A stretch of DNA of 64,000 nt from Sulfurovaceae bacterium (GCA_965140575.1 OZ223261.1:391243-455242); one strand, 5' to 3'; counted from the stretch's first letter, positions 52,081 through 59,760 are shown. Translations and numbers: made by a program. The notes: generated by a model from the letters alone, not told the origin.

Positions 52081-52749
52081 TCAAATCTCTAAACAATTCC
52101 CATCTCTATAGAAAATCGTCGTGCAACTCTCTTTGCCGCCTCCAAACTTAAGGCCACAAAAAGTCAGGCTTTTAAAGCCTGCAGAGTGCATCAAATCAAA
52201 TGCTTTCCCGTATCTTTCCCTAGAAGAGTCATCTAAGATGATGACACCTTCTTTTGTGAGGGCGTTGATACTATTGTTTACACAGTTTACCCTGTCTCTC
52301 CCGTCAACAACTATGATATCAAATTTCTCATTTAATTTTTTTACAGTTTGTGAATACTCTCCGCCCATTAATTCTTGATTATACTCTGCATATAAAGCTT
52401 TGCAATTTGCAGGCGTATCCTCTTTTAACATAGCAAACCACTTTTTATCATGCTCCACAGAAACAACACTCTTTACATTTTGAGCATAAAATCTTGTAGA
52501 AAACCCGCTTCCATACTCAAATAAACTCATATTTTTGCTGAGTCGTTCTTTTAAAAATTTTACGATGCAGTAATTCATCCAAGGAATGGGGCTTCCATCT
52601 TTATCGACCGGCTTACCTTCTGTCATACTTCTGAGATATCCTGTTTTAACATAGTAAGAGCTACTTGAGCGCGTATAACGATAAACTTGTGATGCAAAAA
52701 GTAATCGCGGAGAAATCCTCGATAAGATTTTTTTGACTGCTTGCTTCAA
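52081..52749 (-). CDS. putative class I SAM-dependent methyltransferase
   Basis: FEYGSGFST (motif I-like) and DIIVVDGRDR (post-II-like). TTG start. Confidence 0.55.
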   Translation of the reverse strand: MKQAVKKILSRISPRLLFASQVYRYTRSSSSYYVKTGYLRSMTEGKPVDKDGSPIPWMNYCIVKFLKERLSKNMSLFEYGSGFSTRFYAQNVKSVVSVEHDKKWFAMLKEDTPANCKALYAEYNQELMGGEYSQTVKKLNEKFDIIVVDGRDRVNCVNNSINALTKEGVIILDDSSRERYGKAFDLMHSAGFKSLTFCGLKFGGGKESCTTIFYRDGNCLEI

Positions 52750-53047
52750 TTGATTCTCCTTTTCGATATAAAATGAAGTTTACAAAGTTTTAAAATCATA
52801 GTGTAGATTCTAAAAAGTAAGGTATTTGCACAAGCACAATCTACCACTCTCATTTCATGTTGTGCAAAAAATATTGTCACATTTTACCATATTTGTATCA
52901 TAACCCATTCGAAAATGATATCAACATTATCTGACGCCATTATAAGATTATTATAAATCTTTGAGAGAAACCCCGAAACTATCCACAGTCTAAAAAATTG
53001 GATAAAAAAAGATACAATAACATCAAAACTATTTTAGGATTGTGCGG

Positions 53048-54931
53048 ATGAGCGATACTACTTTGTTTCATGTGTTTTTGGAGGCATATGAAAAAAATAG
53101 GGACAAAACAGCTTTTATATATAACGCTTTAGAAAAAGAATATACGATAACATATGCGAAATTATTTGAAGATGTTTTGCTTCTCTCAAAAGCATTTCAA
53201 TCTAAAAAGATCACAAAAAACTCAAAAGTTATGTTTTTATGCGATAACAGATATGAGTGGATAGTCACCGACTTAGCGCTCATGTCGCTTGGAGCGATTA
53301 GCATCCCTAGAGGAAGCGATACGCCAACGAGCGAGTTAGAGTTTATCATGGAGCACTCAGAGTGTGATTTTTTGATAGTTGAGGATGAAGCGCTCTATCA
53401 AGAGCATGAAAAAATGATAAAAAAGTTAAAATTAAAATCTATCTTTATACTAGAAGCAAAAAAACTTCACACCCTTTTTGACAACACTTACTCCTACCTT
53501 GATCTTTTAAAAAATAGAAAAATTTATCAAAATGAGATAGATGAGTTTTATGCACTCAGAGACAATCTTTCTCTAGATGATGTATTTACACTCATCTACA
53601 CCTCAGGAACGACAGGTTCTCCAAAAGGCGTTATCTTAACGCACAAAAATATCATGCACAATGTCTTATATCTTCCAAGATTGATAGGACTTGAGGGCAA
53701 TGATGTTTGGGTTTCGATCCTCCCCTCATGGCATATGTTTGAGCGTGCGTGCGAGTATCTCTCCATCTCAGGGGGTTGCTGTACTGTTTACTCTACTATC
53801 AAAACTTTTGCGACTGACTTAGAAAAATATAAACCGACTCTTGTCGCAACTGTTCCGAGACTTTGGGAATCTATGTACACAAAGATCAATAACACACTAG
53901 AAAAAAATGATCCCAAAAAAGCAAAAATATTTAAAAAGCTCATAGGGATATCTACCGCATATAATCACAATCTTCGAGTTATCAAAGATGAACTTCCTAG
54001 ATTTACACAAAATACATTTCTCTCCCCATGCAAAAAAGTTATCCCTATGCTCAAACTTGCTCTTCTCTATTTGCCAAATGTCATTGCCAAGAAAAAACTT
54101 CGACTTGTTCAAGAAAAATTTGGTGGAAGGCTCCGTTTGGCTATAAGCGGCGGCGGAACTTTGCCGGAATATCTAGATGCTTGGATAGATGCTATCGGTA
54201 TTCGTATAGTCAATGCCTACGGTATGACCGAAGGTGCTCCCGGCCTTGCGGGCCGAGCACTCAATTGCAATACCTTTGGTACACTCGGTTTCCCCGTGGA
54301 GGGTACCGAGATAAGAATTGTCAACAAAAAAAGAGAAGATGTAAAACCTGGAGAAGTTGGGGAAATCATCATAAAAGGAGATCAAATCACTCCTGGATAT
54401 TATAAAAATGATGAAGAAAATAGCAAATCTTTTGACTCTGATGGCTATTTTAAGACGGGTGACTTAGGAAAGTTTACGATAAGAAAAGAGCTTATCATTA
54501 CAGGGCGGTCAAAAGAGGTCATAGTGCTTGCAAATGGAGAAAACGTGGATCCGAGCAGGATAGAATCAACTATCTCGATGCTCCCGTTTATCGCCGATAA
54601 TGTTTTAGTCGGGCAAGATAAAAGAGGCTTAGGGCTCTTACTTGTTGCAGATATGGAAAAGATGAAAGAGTATGTTTTGGAAAATTTTAACAAAGTAGTA
54701 CACAACATGGAAAATGTCTTAGAAGATAAAAATATCGTCAATAAGATCAAGCATGATATGAATGAACTACTTCATCACTCTAAAGGGTTTAAACCTTTTG
54801 AGAAATTACAAAATATTCACTTTTTAGATGAAGAGTTTAAACCAGGGGTTGAGCTGACAAATACATTCAAAAAAAAGCGTCATGTCATCGAGAAGAAATA
54901 CAAGGAAATCATAGATAAGTTTTTACGCTAG
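53048..54931 (+). CDS. long-chain acyl-CoA synthetase (AMP-binding, FadD-like)
   Basis: YTSGTTGSPKGV, YGMTE and GDLG motifs. ATG 53048 lies 7 nt after AGGAT. Confidence 0.85.
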   Translation: MSDTTLFHVFLEAYEKNRDKTAFIYNALEKEYTITYAKLFEDVLLLSKAFQSKKITKNSKVMFLCDNRYEWIVTDLALMSLGAISIPRGSDTPTSELEFIMEHSECDFLIVEDEALYQEHEKMIKKLKLKSIFILEAKKLHTLFDNTYSYLDLLKNRKIYQNEIDEFYALRDNLSLDDVFTLIYTSGTTGSPKGVILTHKNIMHNVLYLPRLIGLEGNDVWVSILPSWHMFERACEYLSISGGCCTVYSTIKTFATDLEKYKPTLVATVPRLWESMYTKINNTLEKNDPKKAKIFKKLIGISTAYNHNLRVIKDELPRFTQNTFLSPCKKVIPMLKLALLYLPNVIAKKKLRLVQEKFGGRLRLAISGGGTLPEYLDAWIDAIGIRIVNAYGMTEGAPGLAGRALNCNTFGTLGFPVEGTEIRIVNKKREDVKPGEVGEIIIKGDQITPGYYKNDEENSKSFDSDGYFKTGDLGKFTIRKELIITGRSKEVIVLANGENVDPSRIESTISMLPFIADNVLVGQDKRGLGLLLVADMEKMKEYVLENFNKVVHNMENVLEDKNIVNKIKHDMNELLHHSKGFKPFEKLQNIHFLDEEFKPGVELTNTFKKKRHVIEKKYKEIIDKFLR

Positions 54932-55069
54932 GACTATTTCTTACTTTACACCTCTGTTGATGGTGTGATAAAACTGCTGTTATGCATGGTCTTTTAAGCA
55001 CTCTTCCTTTGTACAGTTAAAGTATAGGAAACCCATAGCATAGGATAAACTAATTTGGTATCGGCTTTA

Positions 55070-55080
55070 CCTGACCCCTT
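55070..55080. repeat. boundary motif copy CCTGACCCCTT (left arm of IR bracketing the 77-aa ORF)
   Basis: Perfect reverse complement of 55448-55458. Confidence 0.6.
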
Positions 55081-55092
55081 CACTTCAAATGT

Positions 55093-55113
55093 GTCCCCTA
55101 TATTCTCTATATT
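55093..55113. repeat. boundary motif copy GTCCCCTATATTCTCTATATT (left arm of long-range IR)
   Basis: Reverse complement matches 56851-56870 (AATATAGAAATATAGGGGTC) with one indel and one mismatch. Confidence 0.55.
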
Positions 55114-55151
55114 CCTTATTTTTTAGCAAAAAAGAGTTTCGGTCACTTTGG

Positions 55152-55184
55152 ACAGGACACCAGCAGGAAGTCCTGTTTTATTTC
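55152..55184 (+). terminator. rho-independent terminator (plus-strand sense), insulating the island from fadD-like read-through
   Basis: ACAGGAC-11 nt loop-GTCCTGT followed by TTTTATTT. Overlaps the stop of the convergent 77-aa ORF. Confidence 0.5.
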
Positions 55185-55411
55185 TTAAACTTATTCCAAG
55201 GTCTATCTTTACTTGAAGTCCATCTTAAGTAAGGCACAACAAGATAAAAACCAAAGAAAATAAAAAAAGAAACAAGGGAAAAAGCCAATCCTCTGTAGGC
55301 ACCTTCGTTAAGGTAACTTTGCGGGATTATGGTAATCAAAATTCCTATCAGAATTAATATTATGCCTATTTTCATGTTTTTTTTCATTTTTGCTTCATCG
55401 ACATTACTCAT
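55178..55411 (-). CDS. island ORF A: small 2-TM membrane protein
   Basis: 77 aa. AAGGA RBS 8 nt upstream. Two hydrophobic helices (IGIILILIGILITII, AFSLVSFFIFFGFYLVV). Confidence 0.6.
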   Translation of the reverse strand: MSNVDEAKMKKNMKIGIILILIGILITIIPQSYLNEGAYRGLAFSLVSFFIFFGFYLVVPYLRWTSSKDRPWNKFKK

Positions 55412-55445
55412 TTATATTTCCTTGCTTTATATATCAGGTCTAAGC

Positions 55446-55985
55446 CTAAGGGGTCAGGAATAAACCTACACTAAGAATGATATAGAAAATACCAAATATG
55501 ATAGTTGCTATACCGATTTTAAAAGCTTTTTTACCTCTAAAATAGTTATGAGAAGATATAACTCTCGTTTTATGAGTATCAAGATTATTATGATGTAAAC
55601 CACCACCTAAAGTATATGTACCTTTTGTGAAATAATAATTAGTTCTTATCTTTCTTTTTATGATGCCATTTTTATAACCATTATAAATATCTTTAAGACC
55701 GAAAAATAAAAAATAAATGGAAATAATCTTTATTAAATGTATATTGGTCTCTTCATACGGTCTATTGATGTATATAAGATAAATGAACAATATAAGAATA
55801 AAAGTACAAAATAAATCAAATATTGCATTGCATATTGCTGCGCCTTTATAGTGATATGGTCCTGACACTCCTCCTCTCGGAAATGGCATTTTTTTTACAA
55901 TTAAACCTTGCATAGAAGCAAAATATAATTTTTTGATAATTATACTTAAAACAACAAACATGGCTATAAATATTATAAATTTCAT
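55446..55985 (-). CDS. island ORF B: 4-TM membrane protein
   Basis: 179 aa. GGAAGG RBS. Four hydrophobic segments. No motif recognised. Confidence 0.6.
   Translation of the reverse strand: MKFIIFIAMFVVLSIIIKKLYFASMQGLIVKKMPFPRGGVSGPYHYKGAAICNAIFDLFCTFILILFIYLIYINRPYEETNIHLIKIISIYFLFFGLKDIYNGYKNGIIKRKIRTNYYFTKGTYTLGGGLHHNNLDTHKTRVISSHNYFRGKKAFKIGIATIIFGIFYIILSVGLFLTP
55448..55458. repeat. boundary motif copy AAGGGGTCAGG (right arm of IR bracketing ORF A)
   Basis: Perfect reverse complement of 55070-55080. Overlaps the last codons and stop of ORF B. Confidence 0.6.
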
Positions 55986-56020
55986 TTGCCTTCCTTATTA
56001 ATGTTGTTTCTCTCGTTTTC

Positions 56021-56119
56021 CTCTCGCTCCCACGCTGTGCGCGAGAATGCATACTTTAGTATTTTATCATATTTACTGCAGGTCGATATGCTCTTAGAGA
56101 AACGGCATTGGCATCGCCT
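56021..56119. repeat. island intergenic repeat, copy R1
   Basis: Aligns with 57246-57358 and 59804-59876. Shared ...TCCCAC.CTGTGCGC...ATTTTATCATATTTACTGCAGGTCGATATGC... core. Confidence 0.8.
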
Positions 56120-56131
56120 CCATTCATATAG

Positions 56132-56153
56132 GCTATCACTATCACCTGACACC
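56132..56153. repeat. 22-bp inverted repeat, left arm (GCTATCACTATCACCTGACACC)
   Basis: Perfect reverse complement of 56553-56574 and 56754-56775. Overlaps the stop codon of ORF C. Confidence 0.85.
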
Positions 56154-56507
56154 TATATTTAATGGTACAGACCTACATGCCGGTCTATCTTTACTCCCTT
56201 GAAGACAACTTGATGCAGACTTGCCATCGATTCCTCTTGGATAATATTTGTATCCTTTTTTGAGCATACAATAATCATGATGGGCTGTTCTCTTTTTGTC
56301 TAAATTGACATTTCCAAGAGGATATATTTTGATTGCACTACGCATACAAAAATCTAGATCTTGTAATTTTTCATCTTTGGACACATTATTTTTATCCCAA
56401 GATTCAATAGTACCTGCTGTATTACCAACAAAATCTCTCTCAATTCCTGCACAAGCCATTAATAAAATTATGCAGCCTGTGTAACCCATGATTTTGAATA
56501 TTTTCAT
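56142..56507 (-). CDS. island ORF C: small lipoprotein, bracketed by 22-bp perfect IRs
   Basis: ATG 56507 follows GGAGGA. MKIFKIMGYTGCIILLMAC lipobox LMAC. Six further Cys in the mature part. Confidence 0.65.
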   Translation of the reverse strand: MKIFKIMGYTGCIILLMACAGIERDFVGNTAGTIESWDKNNVSKDEKLQDLDFCMRSAIKIYPLGNVNLDKKRTAHHDYCMLKKGYKYYPRGIDGKSASSCLQGSKDRPACRSVPLNIGVR

Positions 56508-56546
56508 TATTGTCCTCCATTGATGACATAAAGACATAAAGGTGTC

Positions 56547-56648
56547 AATAAAGGTGTCAGGTGATAGTGATAGCACATTATTTTCCTTTTGTTCTTTTTA
56601 TAATATTATTTATAGTTGGTTGTGCCAATTTAAGTATTTTAGCCATCG
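56547..56648. repeat. 102-bp direct repeat, copy 1
   Basis: Identical to 56748-56849 except one mismatch (T/C at 56620/56821). Includes the 22-bp IR arm and an HTH-coding tail. Confidence 0.85.
56553..56574. repeat. 22-bp inverted repeat, right arm copy 1 (GGTGTCAGGTGATAGTGATAGC)
   Basis: Verified codon-by-codon against the track translation MLSLSPDTFIDT of 56142..56576. Confidence 0.85.
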
Positions 56649-56757
56649 TATGTTGAGAATAGCCTTGCTCATAACACTCTACTATGAACTTATTTCTTTC
56701 TTTGATATCTTTTGAATTTAAAAGTATTTTTCTTAAAATAAAGGCAAAATAAAGGTG
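56578..56757 (-). pseudogene. truncated helix-turn-helix remnant (serine-recombinase C-terminal HTH or IS630-type transposase HTH)
   Basis: Own translation of the open frame: ...LRKILLNSKDIKERNKFIVECYEQGYSQHTMAKILKLAQPTINNIIKRTKGK*. Only the last 22 codons follow an ATG. The upstream side is closed by a stop inside the repeat. Confidence 0.5.
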
Positions 56758-56849
56758 TCAGGTGATAGTGATAGCACATTATTTTCCTTTTGTTCTTTTT
56801 ATAATATTATTTATAGTTGGCTGTGCCAATTTAAGTATTTTAGCCATCG
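56748..56849. repeat. 102-bp direct repeat, copy 2
   Basis: See copy 1. Carries a second MAKILKLAQPTINNIIKRTKGK* tail (56779-56847, minus strand). Confidence 0.85.
56754..56775. repeat. 22-bp inverted repeat, right arm copy 2
   Basis: Identical to 56553-56574. Confidence 0.85.
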
Positions 56850-56850
56850 A

Positions 56851-56870
56851 AATATAGAAATATAGGGGTC
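56851..56870. repeat. boundary motif copy AATATAGAAATATAGGGGTC (right arm of long-range IR)
   Basis: Inverted match to 55093-55113. Confidence 0.55.
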
Positions 56871-56896
56871 TATTGTGTTTTTAATAAATACTTCTT

Positions 56897-57163
56897 TTAC
56901 TCATTATTTTCTGGTAATTCTTCCTCGTATGGATTTCTAACACTATCAATAAATTTTCTATCTTTAGCGCCAAAATCCAAATAATTTTTTCTAGCTTCCG
57001 ATAAAGACATTTTATTTGCTCCACCAACATATTTATCGGGTCTATCGTGTGCAACTTCATCATATTGCCAATGACAAACACTACAAATATCAGTAATTAC
57101 TTCTAATCCAAGTTCATTATTGATTGTATAATTACCACAACATGGGCATTTTATCTTCTTCAT
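56897..57163 (-). CDS. island ORF D: CPCC-family cysteine-rich protein
   Basis: MKKIKCPCCGNYT...CSVCHWQYD. AGGAGG RBS 6-8 nt upstream of ATG 57163. Confidence 0.7.
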   Translation of the reverse strand: MKKIKCPCCGNYTINNELGLEVITDICSVCHWQYDEVAHDRPDKYVGGANKMSLSEARKNYLDFGAKDRKFIDSVRNPYEEELPENNE

Positions 57164-57245
57164 TAAGTACACCTCCTATTTTGTTCCATGTTTTGCTATT
57201 TGACCCAACCAATAATCAATTCCTGTATCTGGCTTGAAGTATGTT

Positions 57246-57358
57246 CCTCTCATTCCCACACTGTGCGCAGAAATACATATTTCAACATTTTATCATATTT
57301 ACTGCAGGTCGATATGCCCTCAGAGGAATGGCATTGACATCACCTAGCTCCTATATTT
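57246..57358. repeat. island intergenic repeat, copy R2 (ends in boundary motif CATCACCTAGCTCCTATATTT)
   Basis: Aligns with R1 and R3 over the core and with R1 over the GGCATTG.CATC.CCT...CTATATTT tail. Confidence 0.8.
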
Positions 57359-57376
57359 GCTACATCCAGTCATGCC

Positions 57377-58135
57377 CTACTTCGCCCACTTGTCCTCTTC
57401 TTTAAGAATATTTTTAACAAATTCGCAGGTGTAGTGTCTTGTATTATCTTGCGTACTTTGAAGTGTGCATTTTGAGAGTGTCCACTTTTTACCTTGCCAC
57501 ACCATGCCCGTCATACCACCATCTCTATATAGTCTCTTATCAAAATCTAGCAACTTTATCTCTTCATCTCCAAGAGCATAAGATGTTGCACTGTTTCCAA
57601 TATAAATCTTTTTTAAAATGTAGATAGTCTTTGCTTTAAAATATTTCCTTTTATCATCATTCCGAAGCATGTTTATATCTTTTAGATTAAATGCGACAGC
57701 CTCATTTGACCTTAGTTTGATATAATCAATTCCTATGCTTGCTTTATAATATCGACTATCTTCGATATTATTAATTATTATAGGGGGAGATATCACACAC
57801 AAACCAGGATTGTTTTCACAGCCATATAAATCATCGGAATATGTATGCTGTTTATCATCTCTCACGTAAATCACTGATGAACTTGTATAGTAGGGATTAC
57901 CCTTATAAACATAAAATGTTTTATTGCATTTATTAGTGTAAGAAGATTGTATATATACTTTATCAAAACCTGACATATAATCTTTTTCATATGTAAGTCC
58001 CACTATTCTGTCTTGAAGTTTTTCTTCTCCACACTTCACATCTTCAATAGATGGCGTTTTAGTGCAACCATACCCTATCAAAAATACTTGCACTAGTAAA
58101 ATAAACTTTAATGCTGTATGTATGTTTAGTTTCAT
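57377..58135 (-). CDS. island ORF E: 252-aa probable lipoprotein/secreted protein
   Basis: Signal-like ALKFILLVQVFLIGYGC. AAGGA RBS. ATG overlaps the stop of ORF F (TAATG). Confidence 0.65.
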   Translation of the reverse strand: MKLNIHTALKFILLVQVFLIGYGCTKTPSIEDVKCGEEKLQDRIVGLTYEKDYMSGFDKVYIQSSYTNKCNKTFYVYKGNPYYTSSSVIYVRDDKQHTYSDDLYGCENNPGLCVISPPIIINNIEDSRYYKASIGIDYIKLRSNEAVAFNLKDINMLRNDDKRKYFKAKTIYILKKIYIGNSATSYALGDEEIKLLDFDKRLYRDGGMTGMVWQGKKWTLSKCTLQSTQDNTRHYTCEFVKNILKEEDKWAK

Positions 58136-58494
58136 TACTGTTTTCCTTGTTGTGCCTCTGCCAATTCTTCCGGATATTTTTTATAATACTCTTTTACATC
58201 TATCGTATCCGCATCTTTACAATGTGGGCATTTGCCATTTATAGTATCTTTATAATCAAATACCTCTTTACATTTGGGGCATTTGGTTGTTAGAGGTTTT
58301 ATGTATCTTTTATATTCCTTAACTACACTCATCAATAATAATCCGCCCAAAACTATCAAAACTATACCAACAGGAATATACAAATAAAATTGACTAAAAT
58401 CTACATAGCCACCTCTCCCAGTAAATTTTTGAACAACAATAACCTTTAACCCCAATCCTATTAAAACCAAACCTAATATTATTTTTCTAATCAT
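58135..58494 (-). CDS. island ORF F: 2-TM protein with C-terminal zinc ribbon
   Basis: 119 aa. Two TM helices, then CPKCKEVF...GKCPHCKD. Confidence 0.6.
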   Translation of the reverse strand: MIRKIILGLVLIGLGLKVIVVQKFTGRGGYVDFSQFYLYIPVGIVLIVLGGLLLMSVVKEYKRYIKPLTTKCPKCKEVFDYKDTINGKCPHCKDADTIDVKEYYKKYPEELAEAQQGKQ

Positions 58495-58610
58495 TTGCTA
58501 TCATTTGATTGAGATATATCTTCACTATTTTCCCCTCCATAATCATATGGTTTTACCGCAAGTTTTTGCTCCTCAGGAGTTAAACTATTATAGAGATTAT
58601 AGCGTGTCAT
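58491..58610 (-). CDS. possible 39-aa micro-ORF translationally coupled to ORF F
   Basis: Own translation MTRYNLYNSLTPEEQKLAVKPYDYGGENSEDISQSNDSK*. Its TGA overlaps the ATG of ORF F (ATGA). No clear RBS. Confidence 0.25.
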   Translation of the reverse strand: MTRYNLYNSLTPEEQKLAVKPYDYGGENSEDISQSNDSK

Positions 58611-58623
58611 TTCAGCATAGGCT

Positions 58624-59154
58624 TCATTTTTTATTTGCTTCATTATCAGTAAGCTGAATATCTGACCAAGATGATGTTATGGTTTTCTTTGTAAATCTAG
58701 TGTTTGCTCCTCCAACCCCACCTCCTATCCTCATATCTCCCCAACGACAATTAGTAGGAATGTCATCTTTGTGTCTAAACATTATTTCACCATTTTGATA
58801 ATATTCATTCTTTATTGGATGTAACGGAAAGGTATCAATATATACGGCTTCATACTCAGATAAAAATTTCTCTTTCCCTTCATTAAGAACTTTTATTATA
58901 TCACCACAAAAATAAGTAACATACACAATGACATTAGTATCTCTTTTGTTATTAACTTCAAATGATATATTTGCAATTTTAGACGATTTATAGTAAGAAA
59001 TGTCTGTAAGCTTTACTTCCACATCATGTCTAATTTTTTGCATTTCTAAAGATTCTATATTGTTTGGTCCATACTCATAATGATGCGAGCATCCTGCAAA
59101 TAATAAAATCAAGACAAATAAGCGAAGTCTTTTATAAATAATAATTATTTTCAT
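58624..59154 (-). CDS. island ORF G: lipoprotein (paralog of ORF H)
   Basis: LILLFAGCSHH lipobox. Its N-terminal 70 aa align with ORF H. Confidence 0.65.
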   Translation of the reverse strand: MKIIIIYKRLRLFVLILLFAGCSHHYEYGPNNIESLEMQKIRHDVEVKLTDISYYKSSKIANISFEVNNKRDTNVIVYVTYFCGDIIKVLNEGKEKFLSEYEAVYIDTFPLHPIKNEYYQNGEIMFRHKDDIPTNCRWGDMRIGGGVGGANTRFTKKTITSSWSDIQLTDNEANKK

Positions 59155-59205
59155 ATTAGTATTTTATCCTTTTGTTTAAATCGTATTCTCTACGCAAAGC
59201 GTTTT

Positions 59206-59760
59206 TTATGGATCAATAAAATCTCCGGTATAAGGATAATCCACATCACTTTTATAGTTTTTATCTTTTTTATATGGAAAATCTAGTGGAATATTGACAG
59301 TTTCAATCAGTTTTTTACCAGGATCAACATAAAGTGGCATAGTAATTCTCTCGGTAAAATCCTCTACACATAAACTACGGACATGATTTAAAAAACCGTT
59401 CTCATCTCTCTGCATGATGTTTACTCTTCCAAGATAATATAATGCTTCGTATTTGTAAGTTTTTATCTGACTGTGCCTTTCTATCGGCAAACATAATATA
59501 ACACCATATACACCGATAGTCTCTTGTGTTTTATTGGTGACTTCGTATGTTACTTCAGCCATATGGTGTAATTTTATATCCTTTGTTTTTATGATCTTTA
59601 CTTCCACATTTTGCTCTATTTTTTCAATTTCTGCATTCTCTTTGTTTGGCAAATAATAACTTGGATTATTTTCACTGCATCCGAATAAAAGCAAAGAGAA
59701 AAATACTGTTATCCATAAGTTATGGAAGGAATTATTTATTTTCAAATCTTGGGGTTTCAT
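59206..59760 (-). CDS. island ORF H: lipoprotein (paralog of ORF G)
   Basis: ATG 59760 (MKPQDL...) lies 6 nt after AAAGGA. SLLLFGCSENN lipobox. The track's longer N-terminus is translated repeat R3. Confidence 0.65.
   Translation of the reverse strand: MKPQDLKINNSFHNLWITVFFSLLLFGCSENNPSYYLPNKENAEIEKIEQNVEVKIIKTKDIKLHHMAEVTYEVTNKTQETIGVYGVILCLPIERHSQIKTYKYEALYYLGRVNIMQRDENGFLNHVRSLCVEDFTERITMPLYVDPGKKLIETVNIPLDFPYKKDKNYKSDVDYPYTGDFIDP

Noticed and set aside
54028-54405. 125-aa plus-strand Arg-rich ORF
   Set aside because: It is an alternative frame inside the fadD-like gene, which carries the AMP-binding motifs in its own frame.
55152-55176. Hairpin as terminator of the minus-strand 77-aa ORF
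   Set aside because: The U-run follows the hairpin only on the plus strand, so it is annotated as a plus-sense terminator. A bidirectional role cannot be excluded.
56881-57081. 66-aa minus-strand ORF
   Set aside because: It is an alternative frame overlapping the CPCC gene, which has the RBS and the conserved Cys motif.
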